Shown here piece after piece: positions 51,715-64,000 of a DNA stretch of 64,000 nt. Each line of letters opens with the position of its first letter. Positions within the stretch are counted from its first letter, which is position 1. The notes below the pieces were generated by a model. The model searched no databases and had not been told where the DNA came from. It was given only the letters and a program-made list of their open reading frames with translations. The translations under genes were made by a program, and so were the position numbers. The DNA is taken from NCBI RefSeq assembly GCF_036971445.1, contig NC_091478.1, positions 15,066,001 to 15,130,000 on the forward strand, in the 5' to 3' direction. The DNA comes from Narcine bancroftii. Lineage: Eukaryota.

Positions 51715-51773
51715 CCTTTGCTTTTCTTCAGCCCTGGTTGACTTTTTACAGTCGGGATGCCAAACTGTGGAGC
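51715..51773 (-). CDS. ABLIM1: ABLIM1 coding exon, end of LIM4 (GSTVWHPDCKKSTRAEEKQR)
   Basis: AAAAG|GCTCCACAGTTTGGCATCCCGACTGT...CAAAGG|GTAAGC; 59 nt, phase 1 to 0; matches human GSTVWHPDCKQSTKTEEKLR. Confidence 0.95.
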
Positions 51774-54700
51774 CTTTTATTGGAAAATAAATAGAACATT
51801 AACCATGAACATTAAACTCCATCAAGTAAATGGGCTGTTTCAACAATTAAGCTTATTTGCATCTGGTCTTCAATTCAGTCTGAATTGTCACAAACAAAAG
51901 AGGCACCACTTACTCAAATAAAGCAAAATGAAAGCTTACAAAACAATAAATGGTCCAATAAAACCAGGTTCACAACCACTCTCCCAAGACACAATCAGCT
52001 ATTTTATTGAGAATAACCTGTGGAAGAACCAGACAAATCTAGAAATTATTGCAATTATTTGACATCAAAAACATAGGTTAAAAGCACAATTCTATTCACA
52101 AGATCATTATTTTTGAATCTAGCACTACTACAGTGTATGAAACAGCCTTCAGCCCATCAAGTATTTGACAGCTTCCATTAAATCAATTGTGCTAGTCCCT
52201 GATCTTTCTCCGGAAGTCCACAACTTGTCCTCCTCTAACTGCCTGTTCAATTCCCTTTTTAAGAGATAAATTGCTTCTACCATCTTACAAGATAAAATCC
52301 TCACGCTCTCCTTCTCCAACATTTTAAATGTGTCTTTTCAGTCTTTGAACAATTTGCTAATGGGTACAGGTTGTCTTTCTCTCTTTTGTCTGCGATAATG
52401 CACACCTTTGTCACATGGTGCCTAAAGCTCCATGGAAAACAGAACAAAAGTTCTGTGAGAACAGAAGAGCCTCAAGGCACCGTGTTCATCTTCACTTGCG
52501 AAGGGATGGACCGTGATGATGACAAATCTCTCAAACTATCTGTTCTAAAGACAGCTTCTCCAGTGTAACATTATTGTTTTTCCTCATCCCTGTCTCATTA
52601 TTGTGCTTCAATCTTTCACATGGAGGAACGTTACTCTTGGAGGTGCCTCATAATGGTTAAGGGTCATCTTGCCAGTGTGTTTTTTTTTGTTAATTATTGA
52701 AAATTATTTCAGAAATAATTATTTGAAAGCACTGGCCAATTAATCACCAAATTTAAGATTTTGAAATCATTTTGATTGACAATAACCTGGTAACATGAGC
52801 AATTTAGTGAAAGGCTTTCCCTGGTATCAGACTATAACATTCTGCAAATTCTTTTCAGCTGCCCAATGACTGCAGCACTCACCGATTTGACATCCACACA
52901 ATGAAGTTACATTTCTGAAAGTGACCACAACTGATTTGAGACACATAGTTAATGTGTGACAACCCTCCCTGAATTTTATATAAATAGCCTGCTGAGCTGG
53001 GGAAAATCTTCAATTAGTTCGTTTTAAAATGGACTGTTCTCCAAGCTGTACAATTAACTACTTATTGTGAGTCTACATACCATCCCTATTCTCGAACTGA
53101 CAAAGTTATTGATAGAATCTTGCTGGTGGCTATTGGATGAAGGGTATTAAATCTGGAACAAGTGCTGCAAATACACAAGCTCTTGAGCAATGCCAATTGT
53201 GTTTGGTTATGCATTAGAAGTTTGACTTGGAATCAAACCTTGATGAACATTCCTATTAAAACTAATTAGTTCAATATCAGAAGAGATGTTCAGGTACTGT
53301 GGACCAAACTCAAACTCAGCATTTCAAGATGCTGATATTTATTATTTATCATTATGCACATTCCAAAATTACAATTTTTTTGGTAATGAATAACAACCAT
53401 GTGTTATGTGTCTCAGTCACCTGGAACAAAGATCACTCACTCACAATTATTGTTTGAAAGGCAGTTTCCTCGCATTTATTTCAGGAAGTACCTTCTAAGC
53501 AATACATTAAAGTATTCCAGTAGTTACTTGGACTTCCCTGCATCAGCAAGATTCTGCACCAGGGATGATACAAATAAACAGTCCACTTATTTGTGGTCAT
53601 CAAATTGAGAGACAATTGTGGCTTGGGAAACCCTTGCTTCAAGGCACACATGCACTCAGCTGTGCAGGTGTTCAATGTCCAGGTTTAACACAATTTTTGA
53701 CCATATAGCACTCACACTAACAATCCTACATTTAATGCAGATCTGCATGTGGGATGCATGTTTTAGAGAAACTGACCCATCTTATTAAGACAGATTCACC
53801 TGCACTCAGGTAGTTAAGGAGGAGGGGGTTTGATGGGGCCTTGTGCATAGAAGCACCAAGAACAATCAAGGCATGCTTGTGAAGCTCAGAAGACTTGTGC
53901 AGTTCACTTGATCCCAACAAGGAAAAAAATAACTATATTTTGCATCTCTCCTCATTCCAGTTCTTGACGGGTTTATTAGCTTGGATTAGCTTGGATCATA
54001 TGATACCATTGGAATACAATTAGAAAATTGAAATACCATCCCTTGCAGGTTTCTGGTCAGTCAAGGGTACAAACAGATGTACTAAGATTCTAGTAATTTT
54101 AAGCCTGTTAGGTTTTTGCTAATCTTTTAATATTTAACATAAAAATGATAAACACTTCCTCCAATAGGGTTCTCCAAATTGTCTAGTCATTTCGCATAGA
54201 TTTAGACTCTGCTGGAAAGAAATCCAGTTTACGAAGCAATCGTCTTCGCTATATTTGGCTGCTCCATGTATTCCAATTCTACTCCATTGACAGTCTACTT
54301 CAAGACTGAAGCTCCTGACTTGTTTAATACTTTTACTGCCATTATTTTTATCTTTGCAAATAAATCCAAATACCTTAATCTTCTGATCCACCCTGTTTAC
54401 TGGAACAGGAATTAAATGCACATCTCAATAAAGCTTGTTGGTTAAAGATACTAAAAGCAGTCACATCTGAAAGACTGGATGCCTCTAGACAGGATCCAAG
54501 AGAATTTAGAGTGATTCGGTGAAAAAATTCCTCACACTCATTCACACACTATTAATTTTGTTCATAATCAGTTGACTTCACTCTACAAGGTTGCACAGAC
54601 TGGCTATCTCATTTAAGGAAAATTGGGAAATGAAGTGAAATAAAAGTGATTTTGGTCTAGAAGGGTGGGATCAATTGAGATATTTGTGCTAGAACTGCAC

Positions 54701-54850
54701 AGTGAACCTCAGTGCTGTGATGCACATGGCCTGAGATTGTCATTGGGTGACCAGGAGAAGCAAATATTCATATGCCCAGTTCGACTATCCCTCATCTTCA
54801 ATTGGACAAATACACCTTACTTGAACATTCTGAAAGGAGACGCATCTTAC

Positions 54851-54938
54851 CTTGCAGATACATTTCTTCCCCTTCTGTGAACATCTGATTGCATTTGCTG
54901 CATCGTGCACAGCTTGGATGATAATGTTTGTCTCCTGC
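54851..54938 (-). CDS. ABLIM1: ABLIM1 coding exon, second half of LIM domain 4 (AGDKHYHPSCARCSKCNQMFTEGEEMYLQ-G)
   Basis: Reverse complement reads TCTAG|GCAGGAGAC...CTGCAAG|GTAAGA; 88 nt, phase 0 to 1; nearly identical to human ABLIM1 AGDKHYHPSCARCSRCNQMFTEGEEMYLQG as recalled. Confidence 0.96.
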
Positions 54939-55359
54939 CTAGATCCAAAGCAAAAGGGCATCAACAACCATGCACAAAAAAATAATACTGCAAGAATTAA
55001 ATTGTACAATCGTGGTGAAAAAAATCACAAGGATCCAAACTTGGAAATTCAAAGCGCAACAGCTTACAATTAGATGCAAACAGGAATGACTAAATGAAAT
55101 TTGCTTCCAGTTCTCAAGCTGAATTCTGCAAATGAAATCACATTGCAAAGAACCCTCTCCACATGGTGCCATGCTTTGGGCACACCTCAAATTTGCAAAG
55201 TCAAAGAAACAGACATTTGTAACTACCGTCTTCACAGTGGTATTTGCAGATTTTCTAAGTTCTTTGGAAACATAAGAATATTCATTAATTCTTGACTCCC
55301 CAACTGGCCCCATAACCAAGAGTCGACAGGAATAAATTTTCTAATGTCAACAAAGTTGT

Positions 55360-55579
55360 AATCTGTGATCCACCATCAATCACTCATTGTGGAGAAACCA
55401 ATAGGCTTTAATTCACTTGAGAACTGAGCATATCCCTACTGTTCGGTTATCCTCCAATTGGATGCAGGGGTATGTGGAACAGTCACCTTTATACAGGAGT
55501 CTGTGGGGAGGGGCCACAGATACAACCAGCCAATAGGTATGCTTGACCAGATAATTGTACATTACAGTGGTTAATCACA
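55360..55579 (-). mobile_element. Possible solo LTR
   Basis: About 220-bp segment; the minus strand starts TGTGATTAACCACTG and contains TATAAA and ATTAAA signals in LTR-like order; TSD not clean. Confidence 0.35.
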
Positions 55580-57417
55580 ATCTGCAAACTCCAACGTTTC
55601 TTAAAACTTTCAGCATTGCTGGGTTGAGTAATGGAGAGTGCATGGAAAGGTTGTCAGGATAATGGGATCAACAAGGATCTCAGAATGCATTGTTTAACAT
55701 AATGGTGAATCCAAGTGCAATTTTGACATGGTATTTAACTCTGCTCAATGTGCAGGGCCATAATTGGGAAAGGTAGATAACAATCTCAAAGGTGTAATTG
55801 AGAAGGAGCAAATGTCAGATGCTAGAAATGTTCAAAGATAAAATCTGGAGATACCTAATCGATCAGTCAACATAAATGGAGGGAGAAACAGAATTAATGA
55901 AATCCAGTTTATCAACCTAAAATATTAATTCTCTTTTGCTCTCCATAGGAGTACCTCCAGCATTTTATTTTTGGCTCTAAAAGCTTTACCAGAGTTTCAT
56001 TTCACGCTGCACACATAAGTAAAGACCAAGTATGTCATTTTGTCAGTCACAGAGGACAGAAACAAACCTTAACATTGATGGGGCATCTCCTATCCATTGA
56101 TCATGTCCATCGTGCAACATATTTGCACTTATTTACCTATCCAACCCTGACTTGTGCTTTTTTATTTCAAGGGCAAGTTTAAAAGTATTTATACATCTAC
56201 TAGCTTTACTGAATCAACTGGGTTTCAAATTCTCTCTGATTTCTGCAACTTTATTAGATTCGTTTGTGTCCATCCCAAAGACCCACCAAAATGTGACTGA
56301 TGATCAAGACCCATCTCCGGAGACACTGGTAGTATTACTTCTTCACCCTCTTCAGTCCTATTCATTTAAGGCACTCACTCCAGAGGTACATACAAAATCT
56401 CTCAAGAGGTTCATTCAACTTCACGCAAACTCACAATCTTCCTTATTATTCCCTCAAGTATCTTTGGCTTCAGTTTTTTACATCAATCTTTTGGAATTTT
56501 TCACTTACTCTTGCATAACCATTCTTGCATTTTCATAAGCTATCCACCAGCCCATTTTCTCAATTCGTATCCTTTCCCCTAGAGTCATGCTGCTTGGCTT
56601 TTTCCACCTTATCTGCCAGGCAAACCAGACAACAAGGCAACATCATGTCCTTATGCAGCAAAATTATTGCAACATAGCTCAGTAGAAATTCTGGAAGCAG
56701 ATGCTTCATGAGAAGACCTGATCTGTTTGGGATGACTTACTTCTCTTCTGCCTTTTTCATTGTACCTACTGATATCTTAGCTTCTTCATTCCAGGTCAGA
56801 TGAGACTGAAAAGTGAAGCACAGAAGACTGCAGGCACTGTGATTGTAGCAAAAACATCAGCAAGTGCAAGAGGAACTCAGCCACCCTCACAGCATCCATA
56901 GGAGGTTAAAAAAAAATGTATATATATATATTATTGACATTTCAGGCCCGAGCCCTTTATCAAGGTCTAAGCAAAAAGCAGGCAGGCGCCTGAATAAAAA
57001 TTGGGAGAGAAGGAGGGAAGAACGGGAGGAGGAAGGAGTCAAGACCAACAAACAAAATGATAATTGGATAGGATTTGAGGAAAGGTGAGAATTAATTGGA
57101 GGAACAACACCTTCATTCTGGGTGCCCTCCAAATGGAGGACATTAACAGACTTCTCCTTTTTCTGTTAAATCCATCCCTCCCTCAACCCCCCCCCAAATC
57201 TTCATCTCCTTTCCTCCATTTCTGTCTCTCTCTCTCCCCTTTTCCCTCAGTCTCCTTTCACAGAGCCAAAAATCAATCTCACCTTAACCATATCCAATGA
57301 ACATTTTTTTGTCTGTTGGTCTGAACTCCTCCCTGTTCCACTCTTCCCCCTTTCTCTCCCGGTCCCCTGCCTGCTTTCTGCTTAAGAAAGACTCAGGCCT
57401 GAAACTTTGGCAATATA

Positions 57418-58031
57418 CAGTACATTTCCAATGATCCAGGAACTGATCTACCAAAATTCAAGAATATCCAAAAAAACTTTCAGCTGAGTCATGATGCCAC
57501 AATTTGAAAAAGGTTGAATATTTTTTTTACCCATCATGCTCAAGTGGGGGGGGGGGGTCTGTCATGCAGTTAGCGTTATTTTGAATCAATGGAGCTCTCA
57601 TGTACTGGTCAAAGATACAGCTCAAGTGGGGGGGTCTGTCATGCAGTTAGCGTTATTTTGAATCAATGAAGCTCTCATGTACTGGTCAAAGATACAGCTC
57701 AAGTGGGGGGGTCTGACATGCAGTTAGCGTTATTTTGAATCAATGGAGCTCTCATGTACTGGTCAAAGATACAGTTCAAGTGGGGGGTCTGACGTGCAGT
57801 TAGCGTTATTTTGAATGAGTGGGACTCGTACTGTTCAAACATACAGCTCTGTTGGGGGAGCGTCTGTTGCACTGTTAGTACCATTTTGAATCAACAGAGC
57901 TCTTTGTTATCACATTTTGTAAGCAGAGATCAGGTTTTCAGTTGCTGAAAGAAATTTCTCGATTATCCGAAAAATCCGGATGACCGAGATAGGAAAGGTC
58001 CCAAGCGTTTTGGATAATCAGAAATATACTG
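57418..58031. mobile_element. Tc1/mariner (Tigger-like) MITE carrying a minisatellite, nested in a Penelope relic
   Basis: TA|CAGTACATTTC...GAAATATACTG|TA. Confidence 0.8.
57539..57900. repeat. 77-bp tandem repeat, about 4.5 copies
   Basis: Unit CTCAAGTG(G)nTCTGTCATGCAGTTAGCGTTATTTTGAATCAATGGAGCTCTCATGTACTGGTCAAAGATACAG starts at 57539, 57621, 57698 and 57775, with a degenerate copy near 57847. Confidence 0.92.
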
Positions 58032-58802
58032 TATCTTTACCTCCTACGGTCACTGTGAGACTGGCTGAGTTTCTCCAGCATTTACTGTGTGTCTTTACAA
58101 AGACTGAAATGTTCAAACTGAAATGGATCAAAGTTTGCAGGCCCTGGGGAAAATCATTTCATGTTCATGACCAAATAAGCCATATGATGGTTTACAGCTG
58201 CAACAAACACTGTGTTCTTGCTGCTGCCCATTCTTACGTGCAAGGTAGGAGCAGAACTGGATGTGGTTCTGATACTGTGGTAAAATAATATACAACTACC
58301 ATCTCACTCCAGCACAAGCTGAGCCCTTACATAACACACCAGTTGGCCATAGTTGTCCACCGCGTCAGAAGGGACAATGTCTCTGTGTGAAGTGGGGAGG
58401 TGAAATTTGTTAAGGAATGAGACACTTGCCCGTTGAACATTTTGCCAGACACATTCTCTGTGGTTCAAAAGTACCGAGCCGCAGCAGACCCCAGCATACA
58501 AGCAGGATTAAAACATCTGGCAGAAAGCCAATCCTGTCATGTACTGCAGACAAACAGAGCCAATCTTCAGGGAGAGGAGGCTTCCTCATTGTACAGCTGT
58601 AGCTTGCTCACCCCACCCAGACACATAGGGCAAAACAGAGGGTGTTAGCGACAGTGAAATAACAGTTTGAGTTTTGCCAAAATATTTCAGGCCAAATCAC
58701 TACTTTTACAATTTTATTAAAAGCCAGAAATGACCACAAATAGATGCACTGACTATAGGAGTACCACTTTGAGAATGACGACCCTCCTCTACACAACAAT
58801 AT

Positions 58803-59441
58803 CCTGTAGTGGAGAGAGTAGGGAACACTAATTACCTAGGAGTTGACTTAACTAGTGACCAATTGTGGACACACACATTTCCTCATGTTAGGAAGGCACA
58901 ACAGTAACTGCACTTCCTGAGAAGACTGAAGCGAGCAAGGCTATGGCCCACATTATGTCAACCTTCACTCGGACCTCTCTTGAGAGCATCCTGGCCACAT
59001 GCATCACAATGCAGTATGCTTTCTGCAGAGAAATAGATGAGAGGTCAATCCATAGGACTATAAGAGAGGCAGAGAGGATCACTGTAGTCTCTCTCCATCC
59101 ACCAATGTGATCTACCAGGATCGTTGTCTGAAGAGGGTGTGCAAAATAATTGAGGACCCCCTTCCACCCATGCACAGCATCTTTCAGCAAAAGAGATCCA
59201 GGAGGATCAGAGCCAGTACCAGCAGGCTGAGGAGCAGCTTCTTCCCATGGGCACTGAGAATGCTGAACGACCAAACATATTCATGAAACAATATATTTAT
59301 TTGTATATATGAATATTTATCCTGCATATGTATTATATGTCTTCCTAAGTGCTCAGTCTGCATATTTTGCACCCAAGACCGGAGAACGCTGTTTTGTCGG
59401 GTTGTACTTGTGCAATCAGATGACAATAAACTTGACTTGAC
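58803..59441 (+). mobile_element. Rex1/Babar-type LINE 3' fragment
   Basis: VERV..T.YLGV, LHFLRRLK and ESILATCIT relics; AATAAACTTGACTTGAC tail. Confidence 0.75.
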
Positions 59442-62400
59442 ATTGGCTGAAACTGTGCTGAACTGTACCCTATGAGTCAAAGATGATTCTGATTACAATA
59501 CCCATACCTCATAAGCACAAGGAGTAATATGCTGGAGATTAGATGCGACCTGTCTCTCCATAGATGGACTTGTTAGTTAATCCTTGAGCTATGCTGAGAG
59601 GCCAGTGAGCTTTTTCATCTGTTCTCTCGGGGTAACAATTACGTTTATGAACGGAGGCATTGGTAAGTTTTTATTTTAATCTGAATCTTTTTAATAACTC
59701 ACACTGTGTCAAGTAAATTAGTTGTTTCTTCCACAATTATCTTCAATTATTTTGTTTTCTTTCCAAACTTTCTGAATGTCTTTAATCACCAGGGACAGTT
59801 CAAAGTCATTCAATAACTTTGACAATAAAGAACTGCCAATAGAAACAAACAGGGCTGTCTGAGAACAGGGTCTCAGGATCTGCTACCTTCTGCCAAGTAG
59901 TGGAACAATCTACAAGTGGTGACAAAACTTGGCCAAGGCAGTAAGATGTGATGATCTTTTTAAACTAACTGGCTAGTTTTGCAGCTCACAAAGCATGTGG
60001 TGGGGATCGGGGTGCGATGAGGGTGAGACAAGTGGGGTCCCTAATCCACCCCAGCCTTATCCACCTACTGTTGGTGATAATATGCATCACAAACTGATTG
60101 TCCTTTAGCAATTTTCTTACATCACATAGTTGGGTCACAACAGTTGGAAGCAATGAAAGAACAACTTTGGATATGCAAAACATTTATCAAGCCATGACCA
60201 ATCTCCCATTCCCAGTGTTTCCATTCTTTTGACACCACCTGAACTCTCTCCCCAATTCCAACAGTGAATGTTAAATGTTGAAAGGGAGCCTTGTTCTAAA
60301 GCTGCGATCTGTTCATGCACGCATAATCCTACCCACCTTGGCAATATGCCTTTGGATTTAAGTCCTCACAAATTATTGACCAAAACCCAAATGCACTTGT
60401 TTTGTCCATTTCTCATCTGCAAAATTTACTTCACAGCCATGTTTTTGATCTGTTAATCCAATGCTTCCTTCTTTCACGTGGTGTGCATTTTCACCAGACC
60501 TCAACAAAGCACGTGGGCCACTTTTCTCAATTAACTGGACATTGTTGCAAATAGTCAGAAATAAACAGCTGGGTGAAAGTGTTCCATTGAACATCAGTGT
60601 GTTTCACAAGACAGAAGTTGAAATGTTTGCACAGCATAATGTGAAGGCTCATCTTCACCGCTTTATATTACAACATTGAGAATAATTACTTTGGGAAGTT
60701 ACGAAATCTGCTATTAAAAAAAAGCCATGTACGATGTTTCTTTCATGGAGATAAAGCATATCTCAAGCCCACCAATGTTTGCTCCAGTAAAAATTGAAGA
60801 TGCGAAGATCCAATGTATCAGTTTTGTGCTACTGCACATAACAAAATTGCACCTTTACAATAATTTGGCCCATGATTCCTTGCATTTTAAAATGAAGGTT
60901 ACATGTTCAAAGCTCAGTTACCTTCATATGCTATAATCAAGCTTGCCACTCAAGATCAAATGTTCTAGTCCACATTAATAAACAATTAAATCACTCAAAA
61001 ATCCAATGGGAACTCTCAAACCTCTAATTTGCAGCAAGAATACACCTCACATCTGTGATGCGTCTATTAAAGCCCCAGGGTAGATTCCATTATGAAAGCC
61101 ACGTTGAGAACAACGGGGCTTCACTCGAGTGATGATGTCATCATAATTAAATGATCTTAAATGTAAAATTGAATATTGCCACCAAAGACTGGCTTGGAAG
61201 ACTTTCTACGCATGAAGTGCCTGAACCTGTACTTAAGAAGTTACATTGGAAAGGATTCAGCTGTTGGCGTCACCTGTGGCTTTTCCTAGAAAATACAAGA
61301 ACAATACAAGGCCAGAAAAGGCGTCAGTTCTTATAGAAGCAGAGTTTGTCTCCTGGTTACAGGCGTGGCTGTGCTTGTTCTCACTACCACAGGGTTACAT
61401 TGTCAGGGAATTGCAAAACAGCTTTCCTTGATTTCTTGTCCTCTGCATTTGTAACAAACCAGGTTTCTTTAACAGGAGTGAAAAAAATATTCAATTAATC
61501 TCTTCACTCTGCCACAACAAAGAAATAAACAAGGATATTAAACATGAAGGCTTTTGTCAGCCTGTTCTTCAATCAGCCACAATGGGTGCACAAGGTCCTG
61601 CCCAATAGGCAAAAGTAACCACAATACCTTTAACAGCTTTGAGTTGATACAGATGGATCAGAAGGATTTGATTAATTACATAGTAAAACACACCATGTTT
61701 CTGATCGATGCGAAACCAGCATTTACAGACTTTTGTCTCAACTCACCTGGCTATTACATAATAAAACCGAGTATCAAAACATCTGATCATTCAGCAGTTA
61801 ACATACAAATAAATTGAGCTCAGAATTCCCTCCTTCCACCCCACTTGCCTTTGCCATGAGTGAACACTGCCGCTCTCCCATTGACAATCTGGATAAATGA
61901 CTTCAAAACTCTCCAATCATGTGACCGAGGGCAAGGGAGACTCGGAGCTTGTTTGTTCACTTTTCCTTGTGCTGTCAGAACCCCAAATGACACCATGCAC
62001 TGCAGGTGTTGCCTTTAATGTTTTCATGGCTTTAATCCAACCATGCAAACAATTATATTCCCCAGAATCACAGATCTGTCATGTCACAATTGCCTGAAAT
62101 GTATATTCTAAACAGCTGGCTATTTCATTTTTAGACCAGATTTTTTTTAATGAACTAAAAATAAGACCTGAAAAAATATTTTTAATACATTTTAAAAATG
62201 TTGTTCTGTTCTTCCATTTTGTGTGCTCTAATTGCTGAGCTAAATGGGCTGGTCTCACATAAATAGTATTGTCCACAAAGCACATCTGCAGTTCTGAAAT
62301 AAAATATGGCCATATCATGAAATAACAATGGCTTTAGAATGTTGAAAAATGACTGCTTCAGAACAGTCTTATCAAATAGATTATAGGTGCCAGCATGTAA

Positions 62401-64000
62401 AGAAAACAAAAGGGCCGTTTCTTGCCTGAGAATGAGGTTTGAAGAATCATTTCAGCTGGAGCAGGACCATCTATCATTGATTGAATTTCCAGTTCTCCAG
62501 TCCTTTCGTGATATATTAGCGTCATTCTACTGGGGCTTCTGTCTACAAACTTGCTCTTGCATTTCTTCATTTTGCCTGCTGGATAAGCCAGCATGGTTTC
62601 AGTGGCGTTTGGAGAGAGACCAGGCTGGCTGAGGTGGAAACATTGAAGATGTCAGGTTGCCGCAGAGATTGCAAGTCTACAGTTTCAGATGAGACCAATA
62701 TTTCATAAAGAGTTCAGGGAATGGAAATATCCCCTTCCATTCACAAGATTAAATCAATGGCCACTTCAAACCCAGACGCAGCAGCATCTCCAAGAGTCCC
62801 AGTGGTGAGTAGCTGTGAGGAAATTGGCCAGGGTCACGTGCTTTATCCCTACAAGCTTTGATAGGGGGGTAAAGAATCCAGTCGGAGGGGGATAGTGGAA
62901 ATGATGACCACTGACCGTCCCCTCTCACTCCCCTTTTTATTTCACCCAATTTTGGTGAGAGAACGAGACAAATCTCCTTTACTTTTTTTTTAGTCGGACT
63001 GATGAGGAACAGAAACTCTGTACCTGTTGAATGACAAAAGGACCACTGTAAATTGCACTATTGGAGTCCATTTTTTTTTGCACGAGGATAACTGAATATT
63101 TATTAGCAATTTTAACTCAAAAAAAGACCCTCTTTATCATCATTACTGATAATAACTGCTCTGCCACAAAAAATATCAATAACAAATATGAATTTGCCTT
63201 TATTTAGAATAACAATTTTTGTTCACTAGCTTTTAATTTTAACTCATCCCTAAGTCCTCGATCCAACCTAGTTTTTAACCATCTTATTTTTCAGTTCTAT
63301 CCGTATTTTTAAAAATCCTTAAATCTCGAGAGGATATCCTGATGCTAGCTGCCAATGTGCCATTTTGCTTAATAACCTTGTATTAACGCACACTTCCAGT
63401 AACTTGTGGGCAAGAAAATGATGAGCAGAGAGTTCAGGGGTGAAAACCATTACACCTGCCTGGCAAAGCACTCTCTCTCCCCCATCAACCCTGCCTGCAG
63501 CCATGGAGAACTCTCCATTTCCCAATGGCCTCTTCTAGAAACCAATATTTGGGACTGTTCTTTTTCATTTTCAGATTATTTTACAAGAAACTCTTGGAAG
63601 CATTCAAGATCAAAAGAATTTCAAATGATGCATATCATCTGGATTTGCAGCTGGGCTGAGGAAGTTTTATTTGTGCATTTGATAACCATGGCAGCATTGT
63701 TTCTTACTTGATGTAATAACCATCAATTACTTTCAGCCAGGCAACTCAACAATTTGGTTTTCCTCTACCCAAATCAAACATAAATCTTTGACATCCATGT
63801 CAAAACTCCAATATAATTTTTTTTTATGTGCAACATTTCTTGGGTTATTTTCTTTATTCTAGTCCTCCTGGCAAAAGCAAACAAGTCATCCTGCAAGTCA
63901 ATTTCAACATTGAAGAGATTGTGCTAATTATAATGTTCTAATGAAGTGCAGTCTTGTAAACAGGGAAGATTAACTTGATGAATGAGTTTGTCATCTCATG

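Larger units (their letters stand above)
56815..58100. mobile_element. Penelope-like element relic with inverted terminal segments
   Basis: 57096-57157 resembles the Penelope GIY-YIG C-terminus (LEEQHL..LG.LQ...IN.DFS); 56815-56966 is an inverted copy of 57381-57417 plus 58032-58100. Confidence 0.65.

Noticed and set aside
2473-54938. Alternative assignment as dematin, ABLIM2 or ABLIM3
   Set aside because: LIM exons are present, and GSTVWHPDCK, SPRTLSPT, GNEPSSGR and LITYEP match ABLIM1 best as recalled; synteny or a gene tree would confirm.
57539-57900. Regular repeat array that might suggest a CRISPR
   Set aside because: The units are contiguous near-identical 77-mers with no unique spacers, there are no cas genes, and the array lies inside a eukaryotic MITE.

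Overview
AT-rich vertebrate genomic DNA, not prokaryotic. The repeat content (tRNA-derived SINEs, CR1, Rex1/Babar, RTE, Penelope relics, Gypsy, hAT/Tigger/Harbinger MITEs) suggests a cartilaginous fish, probably a ray; this is inference. The whole window lies inside one minus-strand gene, ABLIM1 (actin-binding LIM protein 1). Eleven coding exons were read by hand with canonical GT-AG sites and consistent phases, from the second half of LIM4 (54938) to the coiled-coil region before the villin headpiece (about 2473). The gene runs off both ends of the window. Most of the supplied ORF track is noise or transposon relics. I see no convincing new multi-gene system. The best leads are: (1) a candidate stop-restart exon that could give a LIM-less, dematin-like ABLIM1 isoform; (2) a Gypsy provirus lacking the integrase core, inserted in the loop of a perfect 12-bp hairpin; (3) inverted young RTE copies bracketing four exons; (4) candidate micro-exons and poison exons; (5) a foldback/MULE-like element next to a splice acceptor. 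All comparisons with known proteins are from memory, not database searches.
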